Below are positions 8,377 to 17,237 of a stretch of DNA of 18,073 nt, in pieces. Made by a program: the position numbers and the translations under genes. Below the pieces are notes generated by a model. The model was not told the DNA's origin, did not search any database, and saw only the letters and a list, made by a program, of their open reading frames with translations. The DNA is from a virus (taxonomy: Duplodnaviria > Heunggongvirae > Uroviricota > Caudoviricetes): the IMG/VR virus record IMGVR_UViG_2526164650_000010; one strand, written 5' to 3'. The stretch's first letter is position 1. Every line of letters begins with the position of its first letter.

Positions 8377-8628
8377 GTGGATATAACCGTTTGTACTTAT
8401 AAACCTGGGGGCATCGTGGAAAAAATAAAGAAACTATTTAGTAGCAAATACGCAGTCATACGTCGTGATGACCTGTCAGTTATAGTCGAAATGGATTACT
8501 TCCCTGAAACCCCAAAATCAATAATGTATCGTAATGGTCGAAAGGCAATTTTTTTACCGATGAGGGTAAGTGACATTATGGGAAATGATAAACTGCTGGA
8601 TGAATTGCGAGTCAGAGCATCCTGTTAG
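8377..8628 (+). CDS. Small phage protein, Rem-like (83 aa)
   Basis: 83-aa ORF directly downstream of hok, as rem is in the K-12 Qin prophage (from memory); GTG start in this frame; its stop codon TAG lies inside the left IS1 target duplication. Confidence 0.55.
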   Translation: MDITVCTYKPGGIVEKIKKLFSSKYAVIRRDDLSVIVEMDYFPETPKSIMYRNGRKAIFLPMRVSDIMGNDKLLDELRVRASC

Positions 8629-8645
8629 TAGGTAATGACTCCAAC

Positions 8646-9136
8646 TTACTGATAGTGTTTTATGTTCAGATAATGCCCGATGACCTTGTCATGCAGCTCC
8701 ACCGATTTTGAGAACGACAGTGACTTCCGTCCCAGCCTTGCCAGATGTTGTCTCAGCTTCAGATTATGTCGCTCAATGCGCTGAGTGTAACGCTTGCTGA
8801 TAACGTGCAGCTTTCCCTTCAGGCGTGATTCATACAGCGGCCAGCCATCCGTCATCCATACCACGACCTCAAACTCAGAAGACGCTCCAGTGTGGCCAGA
8901 GTGCGTTCACCGAAGACGTGCGCCACAACCGTCCTCCGTATCCTGTCATACGCGTAAAACAGCCAGCGCTGACGTGATTTAGCACCGACGTAGCCCCAAT
9001 GTTCGTCCATTTCAGCGCAGACAATCACATCACTGCCCGGTTGTATGCGCGAGGTTACCGACTGCGGCCTGAGTTTTTTAAGTGACGTAAAACCGTGTTG
9101 AGGCCAACGCCCATAATGCGTGCACTGGCGCGACAT
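8646..9136 (-). pseudogene. insB: IS1 insB, frameshifted by 13-bp deletion
   Basis: InsB homology split into two overlapping ORFs (8852..9136 and 8646..8864); the break coincides with the 13-bp deletion near 8873/8874. Confidence 0.8.
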
Positions 9137-9330
9137 CCGACGCCATTCATGGCCATATCAATGATTTTCTGGTGCGTACCGGGCTGAGAGGCGGTGTAAG
9201 TGAACTGTAGTTGCCATGTTTTACGGCAATGAGAGCAGAGATAGCGCTGATGTCCGGCAGTGCTTTTGCCGTTACGCACCACGCCTTCAGTAGCGGAGCA
9301 GGAAGGACATCTGATGGAAATGGAAGCCAC
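9055..9330 (-). CDS. insA: IS1 InsA (91 aa)
   Basis: [42 protein letters not shown]... zinc-finger/HTH InsA. Confidence 0.9.
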   Translation of the reverse strand: MASISIRCPSCSATEGVVRNGKSTAGHQRYLCSHCRKTWQLQFTYTASQPGTHQKIIDMAMNGVGCRASARIMGVGLNTVLRHLKNSGRSR

Positions 9331-9463
9331 GCAAGCACCTTAAAATCACCATCATACACTAAATCAGTAAGTTGGCAGCATTACCCTGTTAGTATTGGCA
9401 TTAATTCTGGTATACTACATAACGGGCTGAACACCCATTCTACTGCGCCAGCGGAGAACTACG

Positions 9464-10063
9464 ATGGCGCATATACAACTGGTCAAACAAACCTCTTCCG
9501 GATTACTTCTCCCGGCGACGCCGGAGAGTTGCGATTTTTTGCATCAAATCAAAATAGGTGAGTGGATACACGCAGACTTTAAGCGTGTGCGTAACTACGC
9601 ATTCCACAAGCGTTTTTTCAAACTCCTGCAACTGGGATTTGATTACTGGACTCCGGTCGGTGGGGCGATCACGCCTCGCGAACGAAAACTGGTATCAGGC
9701 TTCGTTGATTACCTGTGCGAATCAGTAGGTCGGGAACACACTCCAGCCCTGAGTGATGCCGCAGAGCAATACCTTAATACAGTTGCGACATGCAGAACCC
9801 GGGATACGGCATTGCTAAAGTCGTTTGACGCTTTCCGCGAGTGGGTAACCATTCAGGCCGGATTTTACACCGAGCATATTTATCCTGATGGTAGTCGTGG
9901 GCGCAGGGCAAAATCTATCGCATTTGCGAACATGGACGAAACCGAGTTTCAGCAGGTTTATAAATCTGTACTGAATGTGCTGTGGAACTGGATCCTGTTC
10001 CGTAAATTTTCCTCTCCGGAGGAAGTCGAAAATGTGGCCGCGCAGTTACTGGAGTTTGCGTAA
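9464..10063 (+). CDS. Phage nin-region protein of unknown function (199 aa)
   Basis: ORF with GGAGAA RBS; positioned between rem-like and YbcO-like genes as in Qin/DLP12-type prophages. Confidence 0.6.
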   Translation: MAHIQLVKQTSSGLLLPATPESCDFLHQIKIGEWIHADFKRVRNYAFHKRFFKLLQLGFDYWTPVGGAITPRERKLVSGFVDYLCESVGREHTPALSDAAEQYLNTVATCRTRDTALLKSFDAFREWVTIQAGFYTEHIYPDGSRGRRAKSIAFANMDETEFQQVYKSVLNVLWNWILFRKFSSPEEVENVAAQLLEFA

Positions 10064-10353
10064 TGGTGGATTTACGTAAAGCGGCGCGGGGGCAGATGTG
10101 CACCGTCAGAATTCCTGGCTACTGCAATCACAATCCCGAAACTTCTGTGCTGGCGCATTACAGGCTGGCGGGGACGTGCGGAACAGCGACAAAACCACAC
10201 GATATGCAGGCAGCGATTGCCTGTAGCTCATGCCACGATTTAATCGACGGGCGGGTAAAAACCAGCGATTACACCAAAGAAGAATTACGCCTGATGCATG
10301 CAGAAGGTGTTTTTCGCACACAAGAAATCTGGAGAAAGGAAGGTTATTTATGA
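10063..10353 (+). CDS. YbcO-like (DUF1364) Cys/His-rich putative nuclease
   Basis: 96 aa; MVDLRKAARGQMCTVRIPGYCNHNPETSVLAH...ACSSCHD resembles my recollection of DLP12 YbcO; ATGA overlap with upstream and downstream genes. Confidence 0.6.
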   Translation: MVDLRKAARGQMCTVRIPGYCNHNPETSVLAHYRLAGTCGTATKPHDMQAAIACSSCHDLIDGRVKTSDYTKEELRLMHAEGVFRTQEIWRKEGYL

Positions 10354-10904
10354 TTTACCCAACAAATACAGGCAAAAGCGGGGAACACCTTCGTCTCACC
10401 ACGCTGGAAAGTGTCTGGATTCAGGGAAAACTGCGCATGTGGGGGCGCTGGTCGTATATTGGCGGCGGTAAGACGGGAAATATGTTTAACCAGTTGCTGG
10501 CATCCAAAAAATTGACGAAAACAGCCGTCAATGAAGCCCTGCGCAGGATGAAAAAAGCGGGAATAGAGAAACCTGAGCTGGAAGCGTTTTTGCGAGAGAT
10601 GATCAATGGCAAGCAAAAGACCTGGCTGGCGCATTGTACTGATGCAGAGGCGTTATGTATTGATAGAGTCATAAGTGAGGTGCTGGCAGAGCATCCTGGA
10701 TTGATTAGTGTCCTCCGGCAACGGTATGAAGGGCGGGGGATGACTAAGCGTAAAATGGCTGAATTGCTGAATGACGCACACCCTGAGTGGTGTTTCCGGA
10801 CGTGCTGCAGTCGGGTAGATGTATGGCTAAATCTTGCTGAATATATGCTCTATCTACCGATGCGTGATGCATTCTCTTCCGGGGATCTAAAAACCGTTTG
10901 TTGA
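10350..10904 (+). CDS. Putative late antiterminator Q-like protein (185 aa)
   Basis: Assigned mainly by position: last gene before a promoter plus short-transcript terminator pair, downstream of the nin-like genes. Start taken at ATG 10350 (overlaps YbcO-like stop) rather than the upstream-extended ORF 10230. Confidence 0.45.
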   Translation: MIYPTNTGKSGEHLRLTTLESVWIQGKLRMWGRWSYIGGGKTGNMFNQLLASKKLTKTAVNEALRRMKKAGIEKPELEAFLREMINGKQKTWLAHCTDAEALCIDRVISEVLAEHPGLISVLRQRYEGRGMTKRKMAELLNDAHPEWCFRTCCSRVDVWLNLAEYMLYLPMRDAFSSGDLKTVC

Positions 10905-10930
10905 CTCAATCTGTTATCCGGGGCTATATT
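10901..10930 (+). promoter_or_regulatory. Sigma70 promoter, PR'-like late promoter candidate
   Basis: TTGACT (10901..10906) - 18 nt - TATATT (10925..10930), overlapping the stop codon of the Q-like gene. Confidence 0.4.
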
Positions 10931-10992
10931 CCTCACGCGCCAGCAAAATCTGGCGTCGGGATTGGCGTCCCGGATGTTTACGGAGCGATATG

Positions 10993-11013
10993 AGACGCGC
11001 CCGCGTCTTTTTT
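10993..11013 (+). terminator. Rho-independent terminator, tR'-like
   Basis: AGACGC-gccc-GCGTCT followed by a T-run, about 60-80 nt downstream of the candidate PR'. Confidence 0.6.
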
Positions 11014-11176
11014 CATATCGTTTGCACAGTCACATTCGCGATTTATGGCGGGCTGTGTGGGGGAGCCGAAAGGCTCGCCGGTTTCCGTACCCGGTTACGC
11101 CAACCCTGCACAGTTCGCCACCAGTTCGATTGGCGTCGTCGGTGGCGATAATTTCCAAATGTACGGAGTTATCGTT

Positions 11177-11227
11177 ATGACCACTCAAATCTCTGTTGAA
11201 ACTCTCTCCCCGATCACCCATAACCAG
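11177..11227 (+). pseudogene. Phage antirepressor-like gene, 5' 17 codons, interrupted by IS600
   Basis: ATG with GGAG RBS, MTTQISVETLSPITHNQ, then IS600 terminal repeat at 11228; frame resumes at 12495. Confidence 0.45.
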
Positions 11228-11291
11228 TGAGGTAGCCTGAGTTTAACGGACACTCCTTCCTGAAATAGAATGGCATCAGAAGGAGCTAATA

Positions 11292-11594
11292 ATGAGCAGA
11301 AAAACCCAACGTTACTCTAAAGAGTTCAAAGCCGAAGCTGTCAGAACGGTTCTTGAAAATCAACTTTCGATCAGTGAAGGCGCTTCCCGATTATCCCTTC
11401 CTGAAGGCACTTTAGGACAATGGGTTACCGCCGCCAGAAAAGGGCTCGGTACTCCTGGTTCCCGCACGGTGGCTGAACTGGAATCTGAAATTCTGCAACT
11501 GCGTAAGGCGTTAAATGAAGCTCGCCTTGAGCGAGATATATTAAAAAAAGCAACAGCGTATTTTGCACAGGAGTCGCTGAAAAATACGCGTTAA
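11292..11594 (+). CDS. IS600 OrfA (HTH protein, 100 aa)
   Basis: MSRKTQRYSKEFKAEAVRTVLENQLSISEGASRLSLPEGTLGQWV... with leucine-zipper-like C-terminus. Confidence 0.9.
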   Translation: MSRKTQRYSKEFKAEAVRTVLENQLSISEGASRLSLPEGTLGQWVTAARKGLGTPGSRTVAELESEILQLRKALNEARLERDILKKATAYFAQESLKNTR

Positions 11595-11629
11595 TCGAAC
11601 AATGGCGACAACAATTTCCCATTGAAGCG

Positions 11630-12448
11630 ATGTGTCAGGTATTTGGTGTATCCAGGAGCGGTTATTACAACTGGGTACAGCATGAACCCTCAGACAGAAA
11701 ACAAAGTGATGAGCGGCTAAAACTGGAGATTAAGGTGGCACATATCCGCACTCGCGAAACATATGGAACCCGGCGGCTCCAGACGGAGCTGGCAGAGAAT
11801 GGCATCATCGTTGGTCGTGACCGACTGGCACGTCTTCGTAAGGAGCTGAGGCTACGCTGTAAGCAGAAACGCAAGTTCAGAGCGACTACGAACCCGAACC
11901 ACAATCTGCCAGTTGCGCCAAATCTGCTGAACCAGACGTTCGCTCCTACAGCACCAAATCAGGTCTGGGTGGCGGACCTGACGTATGTTGCCACACAGGA
12001 GGGATGGTTGTACCTCGCTGGCATCAAAGATGTTTATACGTGTGAAATTGTCGGCTACGCCATGGGAGAGCGCATGACAAAAGAGCTGACAGGTAAAGCC
12101 CTGTTTATGGCGCTCAGGAGCCAGCGCCCACCTGCCGGGCTAATCCACCACTCTGATCGAGGTTCACAGTACTGCGCATACGATTACCGGGTCATACAGG
12201 AGCAGTCTGGTCTGAAAACATCAATGTCGCGTAAAGGTAACTGTTACGACAACGCTCCGATGGAAAGCTTCTGGGGAACGCTGAAAAATGAGAGCCTGAG
12301 CCACTATCGTTTTAATAACCGGGATGAAGCCATCTCAGTAATACGGGAATACATTGAGATTTTCTACAATCGTCAGCGTCGTCACTCTCGTCTGGGGAAT
12401 ATCTCCCCGGCAGCCTTCAGGGAAAAATATCATCAGATGGCTGCTTAA
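11630..12448 (+). CDS. IS600 OrfB (DDE transposase catalytic domain, 272 aa from ATG)
   Basis: The -1 frame relative to orfA is open from 11531; DDE-type motifs (WVADLTY..., HSDRGSQY..., NCYDNAPMESFWGTLK). Confidence 0.85.
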   Translation: MCQVFGVSRSGYYNWVQHEPSDRKQSDERLKLEIKVAHIRTRETYGTRRLQTELAENGIIVGRDRLARLRKELRLRCKQKRKFRATTNPNHNLPVAPNLLNQTFAPTAPNQVWVADLTYVATQEGWLYLAGIKDVYTCEIVGYAMGERMTKELTGKALFMALRSQRPPAGLIHHSDRGSQYCAYDYRVIQEQSGLKTSMSRKGNCYDNAPMESFWGTLKNESLSHYRFNNRDEAISVIREYIEIFYNRQRRHSRLGNISPAAFREKYHQMAA

Positions 12449-12494
12449 AAAAAGAACAAATGGTAGTGTCCGCTATTGCCAGTACACCTCACAG

Positions 12495-13001
12495 ATTCCT
12501 GTTATTACCACCGAACTTTTGGCGCAGCTTTACGGCACTGAGCCGGTGCGTATTCGCCAGAATCATCATGAGAACAAAGTACGCTTCGTTGAAGGGAAAC
12601 ACTTTTTCAAAGTTGTTGGTAATGACCTTAAAGAATTGCGGGTCGCTTTAAACTACTCACAAAATCCAGTTTCACCCAAAGCCCGCTCCCTCATCCTCTG
12701 GACAGAACGAGGCGCAGCACGCCACGGCAAAATGCTCGAAACCGATCAGGCGTGGGATGTGTTCGAAAAACTGGAAGACTGCTATTTCAGTCAAAGGGAT
12801 CCGTCAACGCCAGTTTCATGCCAGAAAAGTTACGACACGCGAGTTCTCTGTTATCAGAGAGGCGGTGTCACTGTTTCCACAATTCAGTTACGGGATGATG
12901 ATATTGTTATTTCCCTTGAGTCATGGCTGGAACTGGCGAGAGCCAATGGTTGGTTTGTTGTTCGCAGAGATAAACTGGTGGAAAGGTTGATGCAGCTTTA
13001 A
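12495..13001 (+). pseudogene. Phage antirepressor-like gene, 3' portion (169 codons)
   Basis: In frame with 11177..11227 after removing IS600 and one CAG copy; the track ORF 12354..13001 begins inside the IS. Confidence 0.5.
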
Positions 13002-13098
13002 AAAAGTTCTTGCATTTTTGCACATAAACTGCTTCAATTACGGTAAGCTTCGCAAAGCTGTATCGCGAGGCGAATAGCAGACATGGACACTTGAAAGA

Positions 13099-13121
13099 AC
13101 CCGCTTTATGCGGGTTTTTTT
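13099..13121 (+). terminator. Rho-independent terminator
   Basis: ACCCGC-tttat-GCGGG followed by TTTTTTT. Confidence 0.65.
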
Positions 13122-13171
13122 GTGCCTGAAAAATGGCACAGGGCGTTAAACGCGCTGGTGGTCAGATGAGT

Positions 13172-13200
13172 TTGCAGATGTGATGACATATGGTTATTAT
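13172..13200 (+). promoter_or_regulatory. Candidate sigma70 promoter for the tRNA cluster
   Basis: TTGCAG - 17 nt - TATTAT ending 9 nt upstream of the first tRNA. Confidence 0.3.
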
Positions 13201-13209
13201 TCTGCCTCC

Positions 13210-13286
13210 GGCCCTTTAGCTCAGTTGGTCAGAGCGAGCGACTCATAATCGCCAGGTCGCTGGTTCAAGTCCAGCAAGGGCCACCA
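13210..13286 (+). tRNA. tRNA with CAU anticodon, most like tRNA-Ile2 (lysidine type); tRNA-Met not excluded
   Basis: Hand-folded cloverleaf: acceptor GGCCCTT/AAGGGCC, anticodon loop CTCATAA, T-arm GCTGG-TTCAAGT-CCAGC, 3' CCA encoded; the anticodon stem-loop and T-arm match my recollection of E. coli ileX. Confidence 0.75.
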
Positions 13287-13287
13287 A

Positions 13288-13364
13288 CCACCACTAGCTC
13301 ATCCGGATAGAGCATCAACCTTCTAAGTTGACGGTGCGAGGTTCGAGTCCTCGGTGGTGGGCCA
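13288..13364 (+). tRNA. tRNA-Arg (anticodon UCU)
   Basis: Acceptor CCACCAC/GTGGTGG (unusual 5' C), D-arm GCTC...GAGC, anticodon stem TCAAC/GTTGA with loop CTTCTAA, T-loop TTCGAGT, CCA encoded; 1-nt spacer from the previous tRNA. Confidence 0.75.
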
Positions 13365-13366
13365 GC

Positions 13367-13442
<76 letters not shown>

Positions 13443-13445
13443 TAT

Positions 13446-13520
<75 letters not shown>

Positions 13521-13634
13521 TGACCTTTCTTAAAGTACTCCAACCTACTGAATCCTAAGGGATACGGCTTTAAGCCTCCTTGCAGAGTTACTTACTGTAA
13601 CCCACTGTGTAACCCTCTCAGGGCATGCAGACAT

Positions 13635-15239
13635 ATGATTCAGCTATCCAGTAGTCACAAACTTCCAGCAGTCTACTATCTCTACCAGCGTAACGGCGTC
13701 TACTACTTCCGTCTTAGGGTCAGACAATCAAACAATGATAGAATGACCTCAATATCATTACGGACCAAGGATAGACGCACCGCTATGGCTTACTCAAGGC
13801 ACATAAAGGCAGCACTCAAGGCAATACACGCAGACAGACCCAACGCTACCTATGAGGAAATGAGGGAACACCTTAAGGACATCGCTGAGTGTGAACTGTC
13901 TATGGGCCGTTCAGATCTCTTTGAGCCTGACATGAGGGATATCTACCGGGACCAATACGGAGAACTTGGTGAGAGCCTTACCGATGCTCTGGCTAGTGAG
14001 CCGCTAAGCATTGACCAGCATCGTTACATCAATGAGGCCCTGAAGGTGCTAAAAGCCTGTATGAGGCGTATCGAAGCGGGAGACAGTCAGCTTCTGATAG
14101 ATTACGTCGATCTTTTTAATGATATTGATAGGCAAGATAACCAAGCAGACTCTGTGTCCCTATCTGTTAATGCTCCAGAAGTAAAACCAGAAGTTACGCC
14201 TAGCATTACCATAGCGAGCCTCTTTGAGCAATACGAAGCGGAGAACTATCAGAACTGGAAGCCTGCAACCTTAAGGGAAAACAAGGCGTCACACGCTGCG
14301 TTAATCGAAATATTCGACCATCTGGGTCTCAATGCAGACGCTAACAGGGCTGACATGCTTAGGGTCCGTGATGTGCTCCAGCAGTTACCTAGGAACCGTA
14401 AGCAGCGCTTCAAGGATGTCCCACTTGCTGACCTGTTGAGCCGTGAAGATAAGACAGATTGTCTGGATGTCGTTACCATCAACAACAAGTATCTTATTAA
14501 GATGGCTGCTGTCTTTAGGTGGGCTGTGCGCAATGACTTGATTAAAAAGAACATGACTGAGGGTCTGGAGCTTAAAGTCCCTCAGCGTAAAGCCTCAGGG
14601 GCCCGTAACGCCTTCTCTACGGAGCAGGTGGGGCAACTACTGGTCGCAGCTAAGGCATACTCTCAGAAGACCTCTGGTAAGCCGTATCATTATTATGTTA
14701 CCGCCTTGGCTGCTATCACTGGGGCGAGACTCAATGAAATAGCCCAACTACAGGTCAAAGACGTCAGGACCACTGAGGCGGGAACCGTTTATATTCATAT
14801 CAATGAAGACGATAGTAGTCTACCCGGTAAGAGCATCAAGAACGCTCATAGTGACCGCTGTGTGCCTCTGGTCGATGGGGCCTATGGTTTTATATTGGCT
14901 GACTTTATGGCGCTTGTAGAGACCCGTAGAGGCGCTGACGGTGATGACGCTATGGTGTTCGATGGTCTGCGTCTCATGAAGAACGGTTACGGTGAGCAGG
15001 TGAGTAAATGGTTTAATCGGACGTTGTTGCCTAAAGTCCTCGTAGACCGTAGCGGCTTAGCGTTTCACTCGTTTAGACATACAGTTGCGGCCCAGTTAAA
15101 ACAACATGGGGTCGAGTTGGCGTATGCACAGGCGATCATGGGGCATAGTTCAGGGTCTATTACGTACGACCGTTATGCTAAAGAGGTCGAGGTTGATAGG
15201 CTGGTCAATGTGATGGCTGATGTTTATAAGGAGACCTAG
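13635..15239 (+). CDS. Tyrosine site-specific recombinase (phage-type integrase), 534 aa
   Basis: C-terminal catalytic signature: R (TGARLNEIAQL), H-x-x-R (HSFRHTVA), H and Y nucleophile (MGHSSGSITYDRYAK); N-terminal arm-type start (YQRNGVYYFRLRV); begins 114 bp after tRNA-Gly. Confidence 0.9.
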   Translation: MIQLSSSHKLPAVYYLYQRNGVYYFRLRVRQSNNDRMTSISLRTKDRRTAMAYSRHIKAALKAIHADRPNATYEEMREHLKDIAECELSMGRSDLFEPDMRDIYRDQYGELGESLTDALASEPLSIDQHRYINEALKVLKACMRRIEAGDSQLLIDYVDLFNDIDRQDNQADSVSLSVNAPEVKPEVTPSITIASLFEQYEAENYQNWKPATLRENKASHAALIEIFDHLGLNADANRADMLRVRDVLQQLPRNRKQRFKDVPLADLLSREDKTDCLDVVTINNKYLIKMAAVFRWAVRNDLIKKNMTEGLELKVPQRKASGARNAFSTEQVGQLLVAAKAYSQKTSGKPYHYYVTALAAITGARLNEIAQLQVKDVRTTEAGTVYIHINEDDSSLPGKSIKNAHSDRCVPLVDGAYGFILADFMALVETRRGADGDDAMVFDGLRLMKNGYGEQVSKWFNRTLLPKVLVDRSGLAFHSFRHTVAAQLKQHGVELAYAQAIMGHSSGSITYDRYAKEVEVDRLVNVMADVYKET

Positions 15240-15327
15240 AGGAGACCATAGTCTAGGATGACACTTACTACAGACCTGTGTGGTCATGTTTTTGACTCAT
15301 AGTTTTCTCTACTTGTCAAGGGATAAT

Positions 15328-15350
15328 TAATACGACTCACTATAGGGAGA
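15328..15350 (+). promoter_or_regulatory. Phage T7 RNA polymerase promoter, perfect 23/23 match to class III consensus
   Basis: TAATACGACTCACTATAGGGAGA; predicted +1 G at 15345. Confidence 0.75.
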
Positions 15351-15448
15351 AGGGACACAAAAAGTTTTCTCTTCTAGGATGACACTTACTACAGACCTGT
15401 GCGGTCATGTTTTTGACTCATAGTTTTCTCTGCTTGTCAAGGGGTAAT

Positions 15449-15471
15449 TAATGCGACTCACTATAGGGAGA
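15449..15471 (+). promoter_or_regulatory. Phage T7 RNA polymerase promoter, 22/23 match (A to G at -13)
   Basis: TAATGCGACTCACTATAGGGAGA; predicted +1 G at 15466. Confidence 0.65.
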
Positions 15472-15568
15472 AGGGACACAAAAAGTTTTCTCTTCTAGGA
15501 TGACACTTACTACAGACCTGTGTGGTCATGTTTTTGACTCATGGTTTTCTCTACTTGTCAAGGATAAT

Positions 15569-15591
15569 TAATACGACTCACTATAGGGAGA
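15569..15591 (+). promoter_or_regulatory. Phage T7 RNA polymerase promoter, perfect 23/23 match
   Basis: TAATACGACTCACTATAGGGAGA; predicted +1 G at 15586. Confidence 0.75.
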
Positions 15592-15780
15592 AGGGACACA
15601 AAAAGTTTTCTCTTCTAGGACAACTAACCGTAACTTATCGCATCCTTTCAGGGGCGGGATGACCAATTACAGACACCAAGCGTTCTACTTAAAGTGAATG
15701 CTTCCTGTGTGCTCTGGGTCAGTCGATAAGTGAATAGCAATAAGACACAATCATCTTAATTATGGTCTCTAGTCCCTACA

Positions 15781-15960
15781 GGGGCTTAACTTAAAGTTAA
15801 CTTAAAGACACAATTAAAGATTAACTTATAGTATTACTTAAAGTTAACTTAAAGACACAATTAGAGATTAACTTTAAGTATTAAATAAAAGATTTAATTA
15901 AAGACCAATTAAAGATTAACTCTAAGGGAATACCTTAAGGGGTGATGATATTTATAATAA
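15781..15960. repeat. AT-rich iteron region (ACTTAAAG / ATTAAAGA motifs; two about 42-bp direct repeats 47 bp apart plus a degenerate third)
   Basis: ACTTAAAGTTAACTTAAAGACACAATTA at 15789..15816 and again at 15836..15863; related ATTAAAGACCAATTAAAGATTAAC at 15891..15920; no ORF. Confidence 0.7.
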
Positions 15961-15996
15961 TCAATCACCAAACCTATAGGTCTTCTCTTGAAGTGG

Positions 15997-16837
<841 letters not shown>

Positions 16838-16892
16838 AGGATAATGCGCTCTGAGTTTCCCGATTATCGAGAACTGTTCAGGGAGTCTGACA

Positions 16893-17165
16893 TCAAGAGC
16901 GCGGTAGCCTTTTTAATATTTCATTCTCCATTTCAATGCGTTGTAGCTTTTTCCTGAGCTCACGGATTTCAATTTGTTCCGGGGTAATGGGGGAGGCTTT
17001 TGGTGTTTTGCCCTGACGCTCATCACGCAGTTGTTTGACCCATCTTGTCATTGTGGAAAGGCCAACATCCATAGCTTTGGCGGCATCTGCCACCGTGTAT
17101 TTCTGGTCAACAACCAGTTGAGCGGATTCGCGTTTAAACTCTGCGCTAAAATTTCTTTTTTTCAT
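16893..17165 (-). CDS. IS911 OrfA with altered C-terminus
   Basis: [46 protein letters not shown]...; the slippery run reads ATTAAAAAGG (five A before G), which is one A short of an A-AAA-AAG heptamer. Confidence 0.75.
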   Translation of the reverse strand: MKKRNFSAEFKRESAQLVVDQKYTVADAAKAMDVGLSTMTRWVKQLRDERQGKTPKASPITPEQIEIRELRKKLQRIEMENEILKRLPRS

Positions 17166-17237
17166 TGGAGCACCTGTGTTGTTCTGAGGTGAGCATATCA
17201 CCTCTGTTCAGGTGGCCAAATTCAGTGTGCCACTTCA

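Larger units (their letters stand above)
8631..9385 (-). mobile_element. IS1 copy A, 755 bp (13-bp internal deletion), flanked by 9-bp duplication CTGTTAGTA
   Basis: Ends GGTAATGACTCCAACTTACTGAT (8631) and ...GGCAGCATTACC (9385); TSD at 8622..8630 and 9386..9394; lacks CCTGCTGTCGGCC relative to copy B. Confidence 0.9.
11228..12491 (+). mobile_element. IS600 (IS3 family) copy B, 1264 bp, flanked by 3-bp duplication CAG
   Basis: Terminal TGAGG...CCTCA; orfA (100 aa) and orfB (272 aa) in -1 frame arrangement with A7G slippery run; CAG at 11225..11227 and 12492..12494. Confidence 0.9.
15253..15618 (+). repeat. Three direct tandem repeats of about 121 bp (units 15258..15378, 15379..15498, 15499..15618)
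   Basis: Units delimited by CTAGG; near-identical with a few point differences (TGTGTGG/TGTGCGG, CTACTTG/CTGCTTG, AAGGGATAAT/AAGGGGTAAT/AAGGATAAT, CATAGTT/CATGGTT). Confidence 0.9.

Noticed and set aside
10230-10904. 224-aa version of the Q-like ORF starting at 10230
   Set aside because: Its first 40 codons overlap the YbcO-like gene in another frame; the ATG at 10350 overlapping the upstream stop (ATGA) is the more plausible start.
15258-15302. Mini-ORF (MTLTTDLCGHVFDS) inside each repeat unit
   Set aside because: Only 14 codons, no spaced Shine-Dalgarno, and the reading frame is broken by the point differences between units.
15328-15591. T7 promoters considered as cloning-vector contamination
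   Set aside because: There are three copies in diverged natural-looking repeats with scattered point differences, set between an integrase and IS911 with no vector backbone features; contamination cannot be fully excluded without a database search.
15253-15618. Tandem repeats considered as a CRISPR array
   Set aside because: The whole ~121-bp unit is repeated with no alternation of short conserved repeats and unique spacers, and no cas genes are present.
15971-15980. 10-mer AACCTATAGG identical to part of the T7 A1 promoter spacer
   Set aside because: Too short to be significant alone; the flanking -35 and -10 elements of A1 are not present.
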